From Octopus bimaculoides (lineage: Eukaryota), in NCBI RefSeq assembly GCF_001194135.2, contig NC_068986.1:45979507-46043506 (forward strand): DNA of 64,000 bases, written 5' to 3'. The position numbers and the translations under genes were made by a program. Below the pieces are notes generated by a model. That model searched no databases, was not told the origin of the DNA, and saw only the letters and a program-made list of their open reading frames with translations. Below are positions 25,537 through 38,869 of the stretch, piece by piece. Position 1 is the first letter of the stretch. Every line of letters starts with the position of its first letter.

Positions 25537-26495
25537 CTAATTTACTTTGATGTGAAGTGTTCAATATTTTTCTAAATATAAGCAATGTGAATTTTTTAAT
25601 AATTACTTTCTGTATATTCATGATTGCCAACGTCTTGGAGACTACTGAACTTCCCTTGTCAAATATGTGTGAATTTATAAATATCATAATTTCATGTTTA
25701 AAATCCTATTTTTACATTTTGAATTACACACAGATAGCAAATGCCCATGATCAGTAATTGATATATCAGTCAACGAGATTAAAAGACTAATTGAAAACAA
25801 CATTGGACATAAGATTTGGAGAGTACATACATACACACACGCATATACATGCTTAAGTAGTGGAAATAACATATAATAAAAAAATTAGACTTATTCTATC
25901 ATTAATGATGGGAAAAACGATGGATTGGCTGAATTAAATCAAACATTATGTGTGCATATGTCATTTTGTCTGCTTATAAGGGTGTTATTTTGTGTAAATA
26001 TCTTGCTTGATTTAAGACTATAAAAGTGAGTTAGCACATTAGAGATTTAACTCATGTGAACTCAGTAATTTGTTGCCTAGATATTGATAAATTGAACTCC
26101 AGTCAAGGTACTTGAGTTGGTACAACTTACTAAAACCCTAGGATGTGGTGTGCCAGCATGTCTGCAGTCTGATGACTGAAGCCAGTAAAAGAATAAATGA
26201 ATATTAATAGCACTGAGACTGCAAGAAACTTCCAAGATACTTATTAACTTTCTGTTTCTATCTAAATGAAATCAATAATATATTCCATTCTCCTATTTTT
26301 CTTCTGTGATTCTACATTAGTGATGATTATTTTAATTATGAGTACTTGCCAGTTTTCTTTCACAGTATGTAAACTCTATTGTCAGTGAAGTATATTTAGG
26401 TGTTAATTTTATATTTTATTCTCATTGATTTTCTAGAGATTCAATATTAGTGTTGATTGTTTTAATTATAAATGCTTGTCATGTTTTCTTTTCAG

Positions 26496-26528
26496 ATTAC
26501 AACTATTCTACTCATGCATTGGAATCAG
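26496..26528 (+). CDS. candidate 33-nt symmetric exon (xYNYSTHALES), host gene unknown
   Basis: Acceptor TGTTTTCTTTTCAG|, donor CAG|GTATTA, open in phase 1-1. No homology recognised. Confidence 0.3.
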
Positions 26529-29500
26529 GTATTATTTTCAATAATAGGGCAAAATATATATTACAGTTGAGTAAGCTTTTTTTTTTACCATAAAGTAAAC
26601 TATTGTTTTACAACTTCCTTTAGATTATATTTTCTATAGTAAACACAGTCATACTATAATCTACTTCAGTATCACTTGAAAATTATAATCTTGGTTTTTG
26701 TATGATAAAACTGAATTTGGTTTTAGCCATTATTCCAATATAACCCTCAAACCATATCTGACAGAATGTACTAATCTGAATTTAGTCTATGCAGCCACCA
26801 TAAATAAATTATCATCAACACTGTATTCACTCTCTTCAATCTTAGATTGATTTCATTCACTTAACATTGTTTTGTCTATGAATATTTTGTCTTCATTTTT
26901 GGTCAATAATTACTAGCCTTTAACAATTGTTTATACAAACTCCTTGATCCATCTATCATACATACATTTTGTTATCACAGCTGCCTTGTTAGAACATATT
27001 GATCACTAGCTTATTATATAAATATTGTTGTTAATTATTCAAACTATTGATATTTCTACTTTCAAACTGTAAGTTAGTAGATCAAACCAAAAATAATAAA
27101 AAACTAATGAATAGAAAAAAATTGTCTCTCATTTATTCCAAAGCATTATGTATAAGCATCCTTCAAAACTTTTATGCATACCAACAGTTTATCTCTGTTT
27201 TTTAAGGATGAATTACTGTTATTTGATGTGACTCGGTGAACTATGAAAAGTTTGAATAATTTAAAAACACCATTGATTGTGTAGCTAGTGAACAAAAAGT
27301 GCTTGCTAAAAGGATCTTTATTTTTTATGGAGTTCATACAGTTAAATGTAGATTTATAAACAACCATGTGTTTATTATCTACAAAACATTTTTACCTACT
27401 CCACACAAAAATATTTTAAGCATAATTGGTAATAGAAGAGTTCTATCTAAATTCACACAAAATCTACCATAATTTGATTGTGTGGGATTATGTTAGTTTC
27501 ATTATTCCATTAATGTTCTTTGTTTAACATGCTTTCCTTTCAAAATATTTTAAAACAAGCAATCAACTTTACTTTGCTTTCAGTGGCATAAATCTACTGA
27601 GTATGTAAATATTTTTGCTAATTCTCATCAATCATTTCCTTTTGATATTCTTTTATTAAATACTAACTAGTCAATCCCAGAATTCCAATAGTATGTTTAA
27701 CATTGAATAATGGTTTATGTAAAAATTTGTTCAGATGCATACTGTAATCCCCCTTATAAGAAAACTTCATTATCCATAACTACATTAGATAATGCATTTT
27801 TTTGTCTGCCTTCAGTAAATGTATGTCTTTGCTTTAGTTGTAATGGTCTGATAGCCACATTAATTTCTTTTAGCTTGTACACTTCAACGTAAGATAGATT
27901 TTATATTGTTTGTGTCATGTTAGAAACTCTCAATACATTTTGAAGAGCCCATTCTTCAACAAGGTAGGTCTTTTAACATCATTACACTGTTAGATATCAT
28001 GTGAACTAAAATGATATTTAAACAAATGCGTTCAGTATATTAGAAGGATAAAGAAAGAATAGAGTTATTCAATGCATTTTAAAATAAGTTCTTATACATT
28101 TTTGTAAATTCATGATTTTTGTAGCTTAACAAATAATAACATTTGTATAAAGTAAAATAAATTAATTTATAAACAGCAATAAAAAAAGCAAATAATACAC
28201 AAAGAAATTGCCAAAATTACTTTGTAGTTAATTTAATTAACATAAATGTAGAGACTGTTGAAAAACCTTTAGCAGGCCAATTAAATAATGGAAAATTAAA
28301 TTTTGTTGATTAACAAATGAAATCTTGATATTAAAAGAAATGTTATTGGGCATCTTAATGTCTCTACTTTCTCTCAGTCAATTTCTCTCTCTCTCTCTCT
28401 CTATGTCTCTCTCTCCCTCTCTTTGTCTCTCTCACCCTCACTTTGTCTCTCTCTCTCTTTTTAACATACATGAACACAAATACAAATACACACAGTGAAC
28501 ATACATACATTTCAACTTCAGGTTTGCCTGAATGCTCTGTCATTTACAGGAAACAACTAAAGTAGCAGTAATGCTAATTCACACTTTGTTTGCAAGAAGT
28601 ACCATTGCCTTGTTGCTTCAATATTCCTTTTTTGCCTAATAGTTACATTCACACTTCATTTAGCATAATTAGTTTGCAAACATTTCAACATTTCTTTTTA
28701 TTATGCAACTCACAAGCACTTTAGAGAACGTATTTATTCTCAGACTTGTCGATATTTTGAACACAAGGTATATTTATTTAAATGGAAATTCCTATTTCAT
28801 AAAAAGAAATTCTAAAAATTTAGATTTATTGTTGAGAAAAATTAAAACAAAGAAGTTATTTCTGACATTTGCAGTATATCTTTTGTTATATTTTATAAGT
28901 ATTTTTACTTTTTGTTACATTTATGCTTTCCTTATGAGCACACAATGCCAGTGCAATTTTTGAAGTAATATCTGTGGTTTTACTAATTTCATTGCTACAT
29001 TAATACTAGTGATATCTAGCTTACTTAGGTAACAATGAATCATTTCTGATTTCAGTCAGCTCTTTATAGAATAATTCTTGGTTCTTTTCACAACAGTTAC
29101 TGCAATTGTGCCTTTTCTGTCACAAAAACAGAGGTAATGTTTTTTTTATATCTTCTTAGATTAAATCACAGTGATATCTGGATGAAGGAACATTTGGTTT
29201 TGAATTGTAGTGCACTAATGCTTGGAGAAAAGCATAACATAAAGAAGATTCAAGTTCAGATTAAGAATTATTGTGTTTATTAGGGATTCTAGAAAGAAAA
29301 GACAGTTTATAACTGACAATTTATATTGCAATAATTTAAAAAAAATTAATCTAATTAAAGATTGAGTTATGTATTATGTCAGGATTTTGTCATGATTAAC
29401 ATGAAAATTAATTTTTGAAACTTCTTTCATTACTTAGCATTGATACAACAAAATAAGTCATTATTTTTAAATATAGTGTTCAATTTTGTGTGTCAGTAAG

Positions 29501-30261
29501 AAAATATATTCATAAAAAATTGTTGAATAAAAGAAACATTAGGCTCTTGGTTTAGATAATCTGTTACAAAAACGGAGCTTCAAGTAGCACATAGATTCTA
29601 ATATCTGTATATCTTCAAAGAAGAATCATAAAGAGCCAAAACAGATTCAGGGATGGCTGAAAAATAGAGCACATGATCTTCTCCAAATATCAAATTCAGA
29701 AAAAGTGCAATAAAAAGTAGAAGCCACTGCACATGATGTTTATCACTTCAAAGTAAACAAGATGTGTAATTAATCATATGGCTACTGCAGGTGTTTATAA
29801 TTTATCAGAGCTTGTTACCTACACTAAAGAAAACAAATATATCAATGGATGGATAAATTAAACCACTATGCAAACACTGTTCTCAGTGATTTCACTTCTA
29901 ACTCCTTGTAAAACTTGATTTCAATGACTATTGAAAAGAGCACTGTTGAAATCATGGTTTAAACAATAAGCGTCTTGTAAGATCTGGTTTATAAATTTCT
30001 GTAACCAGATGATTCCAATATACAAGTTTCATTGAATGACAGGAATTATTTCTTTTGACTTGGCACAAGAAGACTGTAGGAAGTAGAGTTGATTAAGCTG
30101 GCTTTAGTTTCTTACTATTGCGTAGTTTAATCAACCATGTAAAGGTTAGAATACTGTAGTATCTGATATCAGGCTAAACACAATAAAACATCTAATCTGT
30201 CAATATCATTTAGGCCAATTTATTTATCCCTAATGAGACGATGGTGATGATGATGATGATA

Positions 30262-30470
30262 ATGGTTTCAAATATTGGTGGCAGTAATTTCGGAAGTGAG
30301 ATAAGTTACTTACAATGAATGACCCTCAATGCTCAACTGGTACCTATCTTATCGACCTTGAAAGGATGAAAGGCAAAGTTGACCTCAGTGGAATTTGAAC
30401 TCAGAATGTGAAGACAGACAAAATACCACTAAACACTTTGCCTGGCATGCTAACGATTCTGCTAGCTTGC
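30262..30470 (-). mobile_element. family A SINE
   Basis: GGTTTCAAATATTGG...AAAGGATGAAAGGCAAAGTTGACCTCAGTGGAATTTGAACTCAG...GCTAACGATTCTG. Confidence 0.85.
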
Positions 30471-30471
30471 T

Positions 30472-30695
30472 GGTACAATGATGGGGACAGCTAGGATTTT
30501 GAGACTGGTGCTTTGGTGTTGAATGTCTTCCACAATAATTAACAACCACTTATCAGAGCTTATAATGTGTGGAAAGAGACCCTGTGAGACCTCTGTCAAC
30601 AGGCTGCTGTCCGCTCTCACAAAATCAATCAGAGCAAACAAGACCGAGCATTTTGAGAAGTAAAACAATAATGATAATAATAATGGCAATAATGC
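30472..30695 (+). mobile_element. 3' end of an R4/Dong-type (RLE) LINE with (TAA)n tail
   Basis: 30475-30522 translates TMMGTARILRLVLWC*, the GTARILRKVL-type C-terminus of this clade. It is followed by about 140 bp of UTR and an AAT-rich tail. Confidence 0.65.
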
Positions 30696-30699
30696 TAGA

Positions 30700-31903
30700 T
30701 GATGAACACCAAGATGGAGGAGAAAATTTCTTCTGGATATTCCAGAAGAGTTAAAAAGTTATGTAGATCTAAGTTGAATGAAAGAACCTGATTAGAGGCA
30801 TCAATGCATATGACAGTAGGTGTAATACATTACTGTGCAGGCATTGTGGAATGTACAAGGGAAGAACTGGTCAACATGAGTAGAAAAATTAGGAAGGTAA
30901 TTGCTACGTTGCAAGGTTTTACTTAGGAAGGAAGATGGAAGAAGACTGGTTGGAATAGAGGCTAGTTTGTGAAGGAGACCAAGTACTTGCATGCTTATCT
31001 GAGGAATAGTGATGAAAGAATGTTGTAGGCTGCCCTGAATGAGAAGATGATCAGTGACAATGGTAAGACCTTCCAGGCGTACAATATAAGAACTAATAGA
31101 GAAAAGATCATCAACTGGAAAGAGAAAGTCCTTCACAGAGTGTTTTCCCAGCAAAATCAGGTGAAGCAAATGAAGAATCCAGAAGATGGTAAAGACAACT
31201 TTTTTTTTTTCAAAGAAGTTGACCAAAGGACTGATTCTTACTGTTGAAGAACAAGCTTTATAAACCAACTCAATCAAGTGTAACATTGATAAGACAGCAG
31301 TATCACCATTGTGTAGACCATGTGGAAAATTATCTGAGACAGACATATAATTAGTAGATGTTCAAAACTGACCCAAAAGAGTACAAAAAAACCATGACAA
31401 AATGGCAGTGTGAATACATTGTAAGTTGTGCAAAAACTATGGGTTTAAATGTGCCAATAAGTGGTATGAGCCAATCTTTGCCAGTAGCAGAAAACGATCA
31501 GGTGAAACTCACATGGGATATGCTAATGTACACAGACAAGAAGCTCCTGCATAACTGACTAGATATCACCCTCCTACGGAAAGAGTCCATATTTATCCTT
31601 GCAGAACAGAATATTATAAAGACAGAGGACAAGAAAGTTGGAAAGTACCAAGATCTAGCATTGGAAGTGAAACGAATTGACAGAGCTGCAAAAGTGAATG
31701 TGCAAAAGAGAGAGGGAGAGAGAGCAATATTCTGACTTAAAAAACTGCATATACCAAATTTCATAGGAAGTATTCAGTTGATAACATTACTTAAAACAGC
31801 TCAATTGTTGAGAAAAGTGTTGCTTCTCTAAGCTGTAAGATGAAGCTGAGATGTGACATAAGTAACTCAAGAAAAGTTAAGTGAATAAGTGAATAATAAT
31901 AAA
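30700..31903 (+). mobile_element. 5'-truncated R4/Dong-type LINE pseudogene: RT thumb, CCHC knuckle, restriction-like endonuclease
   Basis: With frameshifts: RRVKKLCRSKLN..LIRGINAY, WKEKVLH, EEQAL*TNSIKCNIDKTAVSPLCRPCGK, CSKLTQKEYKK, ENDQVKLTWDMLMYTDKKLLHN*LDI, KYQDLALEVKRI, TAQLLRKVLL. Ends in AATAATAAT. Confidence 0.85.
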
Positions 31904-32098
31904 AATTGTTTCTAATATAGACACAAGACCTGAAATTTTGAGGGTGGAAGTTATTTGATACCATCGACTCCAAAACTTGACTGGTGCTTTATTTTACCAG
32001 TCAAGTACTGGAATGAGTAGCATTAGCTAACTCCTTCTTCTGAAGTTTTGGGCCTTGGGATTATGTTTCAGAGAACAACAACAATAATAATGATAATA

Positions 32099-32300
32099 AT
32101 GGTTTCAAATTTTGACACAAGGCCAGCAGTTTCAGAGGAGGAATAAGTTGACTACATCAACCTTAGTGCTGAACTGGTACTTATTTTATTGACCCTGAAA
32201 GAATGAAGGGCAAAATTGTTGTCAGCAGAATTTGAACTCAGAATGTAAAGATGGACAAAACGCTTATGGCATTTTGTCCGGTATGCCAACTTGCCACTTT
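32099..32300 (-). mobile_element. family A SINE between (AAT)n runs
   Basis: GGTTTCAAATTTTGACACAAGGCCAGC...GAAAGAATGAAGGGCAAAATTG...GAATTTGAACTCAG. Confidence 0.85.
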
Positions 32301-32321
32301 GACAATAATTATAATAATAAT

Positions 32322-32595
32322 AAGGAAGTGCAGCAAATGTTGTTGCAAAGGAGGTGAAATTAATGGTAAAGAAAAAAGTGCATGAACAATTGGCTGAGAG
32401 ATGGGAGCAGAAATCTCTGCATGGTAAATATGTGGCCTGTTGAAAACAAGCTGATGTTGATGAAAAGCACACTCATCAGTGGCTACGGAGCTTGAGGTTA
32501 AAGGCAGAGACCAAAGGCTTCATCTTTGTTGATCAAGATCAAAGCTTATTTACTCAGGAGTACCAAGCCAATGTGATGAAAAATGGAGTAGATGT
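32322..32595 (+). mobile_element. internal fragment of a further R4/Dong-type LINE
   Basis: Translates RWEQKSLHGKY...HQWLRSLRLKAETKGFIFVDQDQSLFTQEYQANVMKNGVD, the region preceding the CCHC knuckle. It begins directly after a (TAA)n run. Confidence 0.8.
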
Positions 32596-33162
32596 AACTC
32601 CTTTGGATAAGAAAAAATGATCTGGTTCAGATTTCTCAAGACCGGAATGAACAAGTTTGAAAATTCTTTAAAGAATTTCTTCATATCTTTGATCGTCATT
32701 GCATTTCTTTAGTATATCACTCCACATCTTTTGACAACCATAGTAGGCTGATTAGGAAAATCTCTAGGGCCACTAGTCTAGATTCCAGTCTTCAATCTCA
32801 TCTGCAAAGTGATCTTGGAAACATTCGGTGAATTGCTTTGGGTCTTGTATCATAAATGCTTTTCACTTGCTAAGAGACCTTGTTGAGATATAAATGAATA
32901 AATGGTAAAAAAAACCAAAAAAAAAACCACTAATCAAGCATCCTCTTTTAGCTTTAGTTTAACTTGACTTGATTGATCAATATTTTGTGCATGGAATAGA
33001 TCATAACTTTAAACTGTGATTAGCTGGCTAATTAACCATTGATCTAACAAATATTATATTCAAATAAGATCTGTTATCTTCACCTTTATCAGAAATCCTT
33101 ACTGATTTCCTCAGATGCAAGCTGTAACCAGCCAGCCAGTGTGTAAAGATTCAGTTTATAAT

Positions 33163-33394
33163 TAATTCTTTATTGCCCACAAGGGGCTAAACATAGAGGG
33201 GGACAAACAAGGACAGACAAAGGGACTAAGTCGATTACATCGACACCAGTGCATAACTGGTACTTAATTAATCGACTCCGAAAGGATGAAAGGCAAAGCC
33301 GACCTCGGCGGAATTTGAACTCAGAATGTAGCAGCAGACGAAATACCATTAAGCATTGCACCTGCCATGCTAACGATTCTGCCAGCTCACCACC
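33163..33394 (-). mobile_element. family A SINE, well preserved, with a 13-bp target-site duplication
   Basis: TSD TTCAGTTTATAAT at 33150-33162 and 33395-33407. On the minus strand: A-box-like TGGCAGAATCGTTAGC, B box GAGTTCAAATTCC and GCCTTTCATCCTTTCGG. Confidence 0.92.
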
Positions 33395-33751
33395 TTCAGT
33401 TTATAATGACTTAAAAAGAAGCTCTTAGTGCAGAATTTTCCAGAGTAAATTGCAGTGGTATCTTAATATTTATGCTTTCCTTTCTGATGTGTTTGTGCTT
33501 AAAAAAAGCACTGCTTCTCCACAAGCTTGTGAAATCTGTTGCTGATCAAATAATATTAATAACCTTTTAGTGTCTGTCATATTTTACATATGTATCTCAT
33601 TAATTCATTCATTTAACATCCATTTATCCATGCTAGCATAGCTTGGATAGAAATTGATTTTAAGGCAAGATTTTACAGTTGGATGTTCTTCCTGTTGTTG
33701 ACTCTCAAAAGTCTTTCAAGCAAGGGATTTATATATTCCACAGGTCCATAA

Positions 33752-33785
<34 letters not shown>

Positions 33786-36700
33786 ACAATGCTTGCTTAT
33801 TCCTTATTACTGTGTAATTAGTAAACAAGGGTATAACTCAAAATACATTTCTAATTATGAGTTACTGTATATTTATATTTATTACTTTAGTCATTATATT
33901 TATATTTAGAAAGTGTACTGATGTAAATGCATACACAAGCACAAACACACACACACACAGATATGCATACATATGCTCAAGGCTGTTTTCATTACAAAAT
34001 TTATAAGATAAAAAGAGTTGCAAGATATTTCTTATCACTTGCTATGAGAATATTTACAAATAAGAAAGATAAATAATTCCAATATAACCATAAGTTCCAT
34101 TCTTCAAGATGAATCTTTCATATATTACTGAATAGTATAGTACAAGATTTTTTCTCTTTTCTAAAGCACTGAAGTTTTATGTAGACAATTATTAGCATAA
34201 ACATAATTGCAAATGTAATATCATCAGATAAATAAAAGTGAAGCCAAATCACACAACAGGCTGTATAAGGACATCAATAAAACCCTACCATAAATTCCTA
34301 TCTTAAAAATAGCCTAAAGCGAAATAGAAATATTTAACCAGCTACAGTAAAATTTTAGTAATCTAAAACAGTTTATCATAATAATATTAAAGTAAACAAA
34401 TGTAGTGTTATGATAATGATAATGGTAATAAGAGTAATTAGTGATACCTGTGGTGTTTAATCATAGACCAAAAATAACCAGTCTCGATGAATTACATAAA
34501 CACTGCTTTTGGAAATGTTCCTCAGCCAATACAATATAAAATTAATAGAATTAGAGTTTAACAATCAGTACAGTTTAAATTAAGGAAGGTAAAATCTATT
34601 TCTTGTATGCTTCTTTAATCTGATCAGAAAATTTCCTATAATAAATAAAATAGGTTGGTATCATGCAGTGCTTGTTCATTCTCTGACTAATGAGGAAGAA
34701 AAAGTTAACAGAATAATTTTTTTTGTAAGTATAATAGTAAAATCTGGCATTTTTGTCAGTGTTTCAGTTGTTCCACAATACAAGATATCATGGGAATTAA
34801 ATGAATAATGACATTTCATTACTTTTGCCTCCAAATTCAGAATGAATATTAAAAATAAATAGAACAAAAATAAAAATATAGAAGTGTCAAGATACCATTT
34901 CTAACAATGAATGAATGAAAGAAACTAAATATCATGTACATATGCAAATCCATGCTAAAAAGTAATTATAGTTACACACTAAAATCGTCTTTAAACAACA
35001 TAACTTTTTTATTGCACTCAATAAGAGTTATCAAACAGAAATGCATATAGTTCATTCAGGACATAATACAAAAACAAAATATTTATAGGTATAAAACAGA
35101 ATTTCAAATTTCTACAACTAATAGAAAAGGTAACTATCATATCTAAGGAAGCATCCAAACTAATGCTATTGTATTTTCTTCAAAGAGATGGAAGTGTATA
35201 ACATGAAATCTGAATAATTCTTTTCAATACATCACAAGGTCATGAAATCCAGATATTGATTTCCTAAAGAGGTTAATGGCTTCAGTTTCAAGGGTGGATG
35301 CTATCCACCATTGAATATTGTGAGATATTCATATCTTTTCCAAAATCATTATCAATATAAGTAAAGTGAAATGCAAATTAGCTGCTGTGAACTTTGATTA
35401 TTAGAATTTACTGCTGATGTAGAGTATTGCTCCAGTAAATTAAATTATTCAATAATACAATATTAGTTGTATATTCAAGACTGATTTATATATTATTCAT
35501 TCATCATTGGACTGCAGTTTATATCAATCTTTCATTTAAATGACATCCTTGGAGATGTAGTTTAGTGGAAAATGAACCCAATTCATGCTTAATTGATCAG
35601 TTAGCTATGAACCACTTTTTTTCTTTCTCTCTCGTATGATACACTCCTCATGGCAACTAAACTTATCCAACACTTCTATGAATTTTACTATTGATTAATT
35701 GTTGTCAATACAAGCTGCTACTAGTTTCTTTAGGTTTGAGATTTTACTCTACTTTAATTGAATATGTTATTTTTAATAGATGTTTCTATAAAATTTATTC
35801 AGTAAAAATGTTTAAGATCCTGCTTCAGTTATTTTCTTTACAATTTTAAATTTATTAATCTGTAATTATGTATGCACTAATTAATTAGTTAAATAATATT
35901 TCATGTAGAAAATGGTTTACTATTTATCATATATTTTCAATTCTTATGGAAATATTTATGACTATTAAAATTAATGGAAGAATTCAAAGAAATAAAATCT
36001 TTGGGAAAATATTTGAAACTAATATATCTTTGTTCTGGTTGCTGAAAAGGTTTAAAGGTTTAAACTATCCTGAAATGTGATGCTGATGTTCTCAGTATTA
36101 ATTTTTTTAATCAAGCCTAAAGCCATACATTTTATAATTGGAAATAAGATCAAACATTTTCATGATTTTCTCAAATGTATGAAAACTGTAGTAAAGCTTT
36201 TGATAAAATGACTTATACACAACATCATAACAAGTTTTGTTAGGCTACTTTTCCAGCTAAAACAAGGGTTGATCTTGCATGGAGAAGACTACCATGGACT
36301 CTGTAAGATCCATGACAGTCTTCTCCACTGCTCAATATATCACACTTCACCATTTTCCTTGCCCTCATTTCCTTCTGTATTATAATTAACCATGTCTTTC
36401 ATAGTCTTTGCTTACCTCTACATTCATTACCATCACTCTTCTTAACTGGTTACTTTTATTCATCCTAGCACATGATCCTACCAGCTCATCCTATTTCTCT
36501 TCTCAATATTCATTTCCTTCCAGTCTATATAATTCATTTGAGTTTACAAATCTCTTATTGAGCTATTCTCTTACAGCTGGACGCCTTTCTGTCTCTAACT
36601 CATATCTGTTTCTCAAGTAAGGAACGTTTTTTTACTCCATTTAACTTCAGAAGCACAGAGCTAGCAAATGATTAGTTCACAAACTGTTAGACTGTGTCAA

Positions 36701-36924
36701 CAAATATCTATGTTTGTAGCTCAACACTTATCTAAACAAAGTGCAAATGTCAACATTTACTCAGATACATACGCACACACACACATTTGTTTTGACCTTT
36801 TGATATTGTGGTGAATCAAAAGTTTTGCAATATTCTGGTAACTTATTTGCTTTAATTGTCAAGTTACAACAAACACTACCTAACATTCAAAGTAAATGCC
36901 ATCATGCTACACTGTCAAAGCTAC

Positions 36925-37005
36925 CTTCCTGCACTTGCGATGCTTCATCAGCCAAGAGGATGTGTAAGCCTCAGTGAAGGATTTCTTCACCTCAAAGGAT
37001 AGAAA
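36925..37005 (-). CDS. candidate 81-nt exon (FLSFEVKKSFTEAYTSSWLMKHRKCRK), host gene unknown
   Basis: Minus-strand acceptor TTTTTTATCCTATGCTATTACCAG|, donor AAG|GTAGCT. Only phase 0 is open. Confidence 0.3.
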
Positions 37006-38869
37006 CTGGTAATAGCATAGGATAAAAAACTGACAGAAATGTGGCTTTAGATGGTGCAACATGATGACCTCTACTTTGAATACTTTTTATTGTAACTTAA
37101 CGAATAAAGCAAAAAAGTTACCAAAATATTGGTACAACTTTTGACTCAACACATTATATTCAGAAGTATATATATATATATATATATATATATATNNNNN
37201 NNNNNNNNNNNNNNNNNNNNNNNNNNNNNNNNNNNNNNNNNNNNNNNNNNNNNNNNNNNNNNNNNNNNNNNNNNNNNNNNNNNNNNNNNNNNNNNNNNNN
37301 NNNNNNNNNNNNNNNNNNNNNNNNNNNNNNNNNNNNNNNNNNNNNNNNNNNNNNNNNNNNNNNNNNNNNNNNNNNNNNNNNNNNNNNNNNNNNNNNNNNN
37401 NNNNNNNNNNNNNNNNNNNNNNNNNNNNNNNNNNNNNNNNNNNNNNNNNNNNNNNNNNNNNNNNNNNNNNNNNNNNNNNNNNNNNNNNNNNNNNNNNNNN
37501 NNNNNNNNNNNNNNNNNNNNNNNNNNNNNNNNNNNNNNNNNNNNNNNNNNNNNNNNNNNNNNNNNNNNNNNNNNNNNNNNNNNNNNNNNNNNNNNNNNNN
37601 NNNNNNNNNNNNNNNNNNNNNNNNNNNNNNNNNNNNNNNNNNNNNNNNNNNNNNNNNNNNNNNNNNNNNNNNNNNNNNNNNNNNNNNNNNNNNNNNNNNN
37701 NNNNNNNNNNNNNNNNNNNNNNNNNNNNNNNNNNNNNNNNNNNNNNNNNNNNNNNNNNNNNNNNNNNNNNNNNNNNNNNNNNNNNNNNNNNNNNNNNNNN
37801 NNNNNNNNNNNNNNNNNNNNNNNNNNNNNNNNNNNNNNNNNNNNNNNNNNNNNNNNNNNNNNNNNNNNNNNNNNNNNNNNNNNNNNNNNNNNNNNTATAT
37901 ATTTATATATAGTCTTCTGTATGTAACAGTAAATATATATATATATCTATACACACACATGTATATACATATATGCATATATATGTGTGTGTATTTAATG
38001 ACTGTCATCTGAGACTGCTTTAGCTGAAAGAAATTCTATGGATCTTTAATAACTTATATAGTTATCCTATTATAATTTTCTTCATCTATTCAAGTTACAT
38101 TTATATATGTTTATTTTATATAAAGTGCAACATTTTGAAAATACTACATTTGATGTTTGCTTAAAAAGATTTCTATATTTTGGCTCAACTATAAGCTTTA
38201 CTAATATGTTCATTAGATATTACATTTATTTCAGTATGTGAACCTAAGTTGTTCTTGTTGACATATTCTAGTCATAACCATTCTATCTGATTCTTTCACA
38301 AAATATATCCAAGATTACATTATCCAATGTATTCTTACATTTTCATGATGGTAACGTGAATTTAGTTGCTATCTCTAACAAATTGAGCTACTATATACAG
38401 GCATGTTTGCTAGTTTGTGAAATTGCACTATTTTGTGTTGTGGTTGTTATAAATATGAACCTGTGGAAACTATTTTATATGAGGCTTGTCAAGGAGGGAA
38501 AGGGTCAAGTACCTACAAATATTTTTATTTCTCCAGTGCTCCTGAGACTGTTAGAAAGGAAAAAGCTATTCCAAACTATAAATCTGGTCCAATGCTTGTA
38601 GTAGAGCTGGATTTATTAAATGTACTCCAGGCCCAAGTGGTTGTTTTAGACAAACTGATTGAGTCAGATATGCAAGATCTCAGAATGCAACATACTGGAA
38701 CAAATACCGAAAGAGATCTTCGCTGATGAAGTAGAATGTTCTCTATGTGGCTTGTGTGTTTTCTCGTCTNNNNNNNNNNNNNNNNNNNNNNNNNNNNNNN
38801 NNNNNNNNNNNNNNNNNNNNNNNNNNNNNNNNNNNNNNNNNNNNNNNNNNNNNNNNNNNNNNNNNNNNN

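Noticed and set aside
29915-30010. Two adjacent 8-9-bp inverted repeats
   Set aside because: Short AT-rich stems with long loops are expected by chance.
32596-32880. Coding-looking minus-strand segment
   Set aside because: Every frame has several stops, the putative acceptor is AAG, and no family was recognised.
38433-38726. 97-aa ORF as a host terminal exon
   Set aside because: Pieces in different frames (PVLLRLLER, AGFIK, QVVVLDKLIE) vaguely resemble LINE RT motifs, so a decayed retroelement is as likely. Neither reading is strong enough to call.
38723-38760. CTGATGA here and at 16704, 24583, 26170, 53834 and 61051 as hammerheads
   Set aside because: No correctly placed GAAA box or stems follow.
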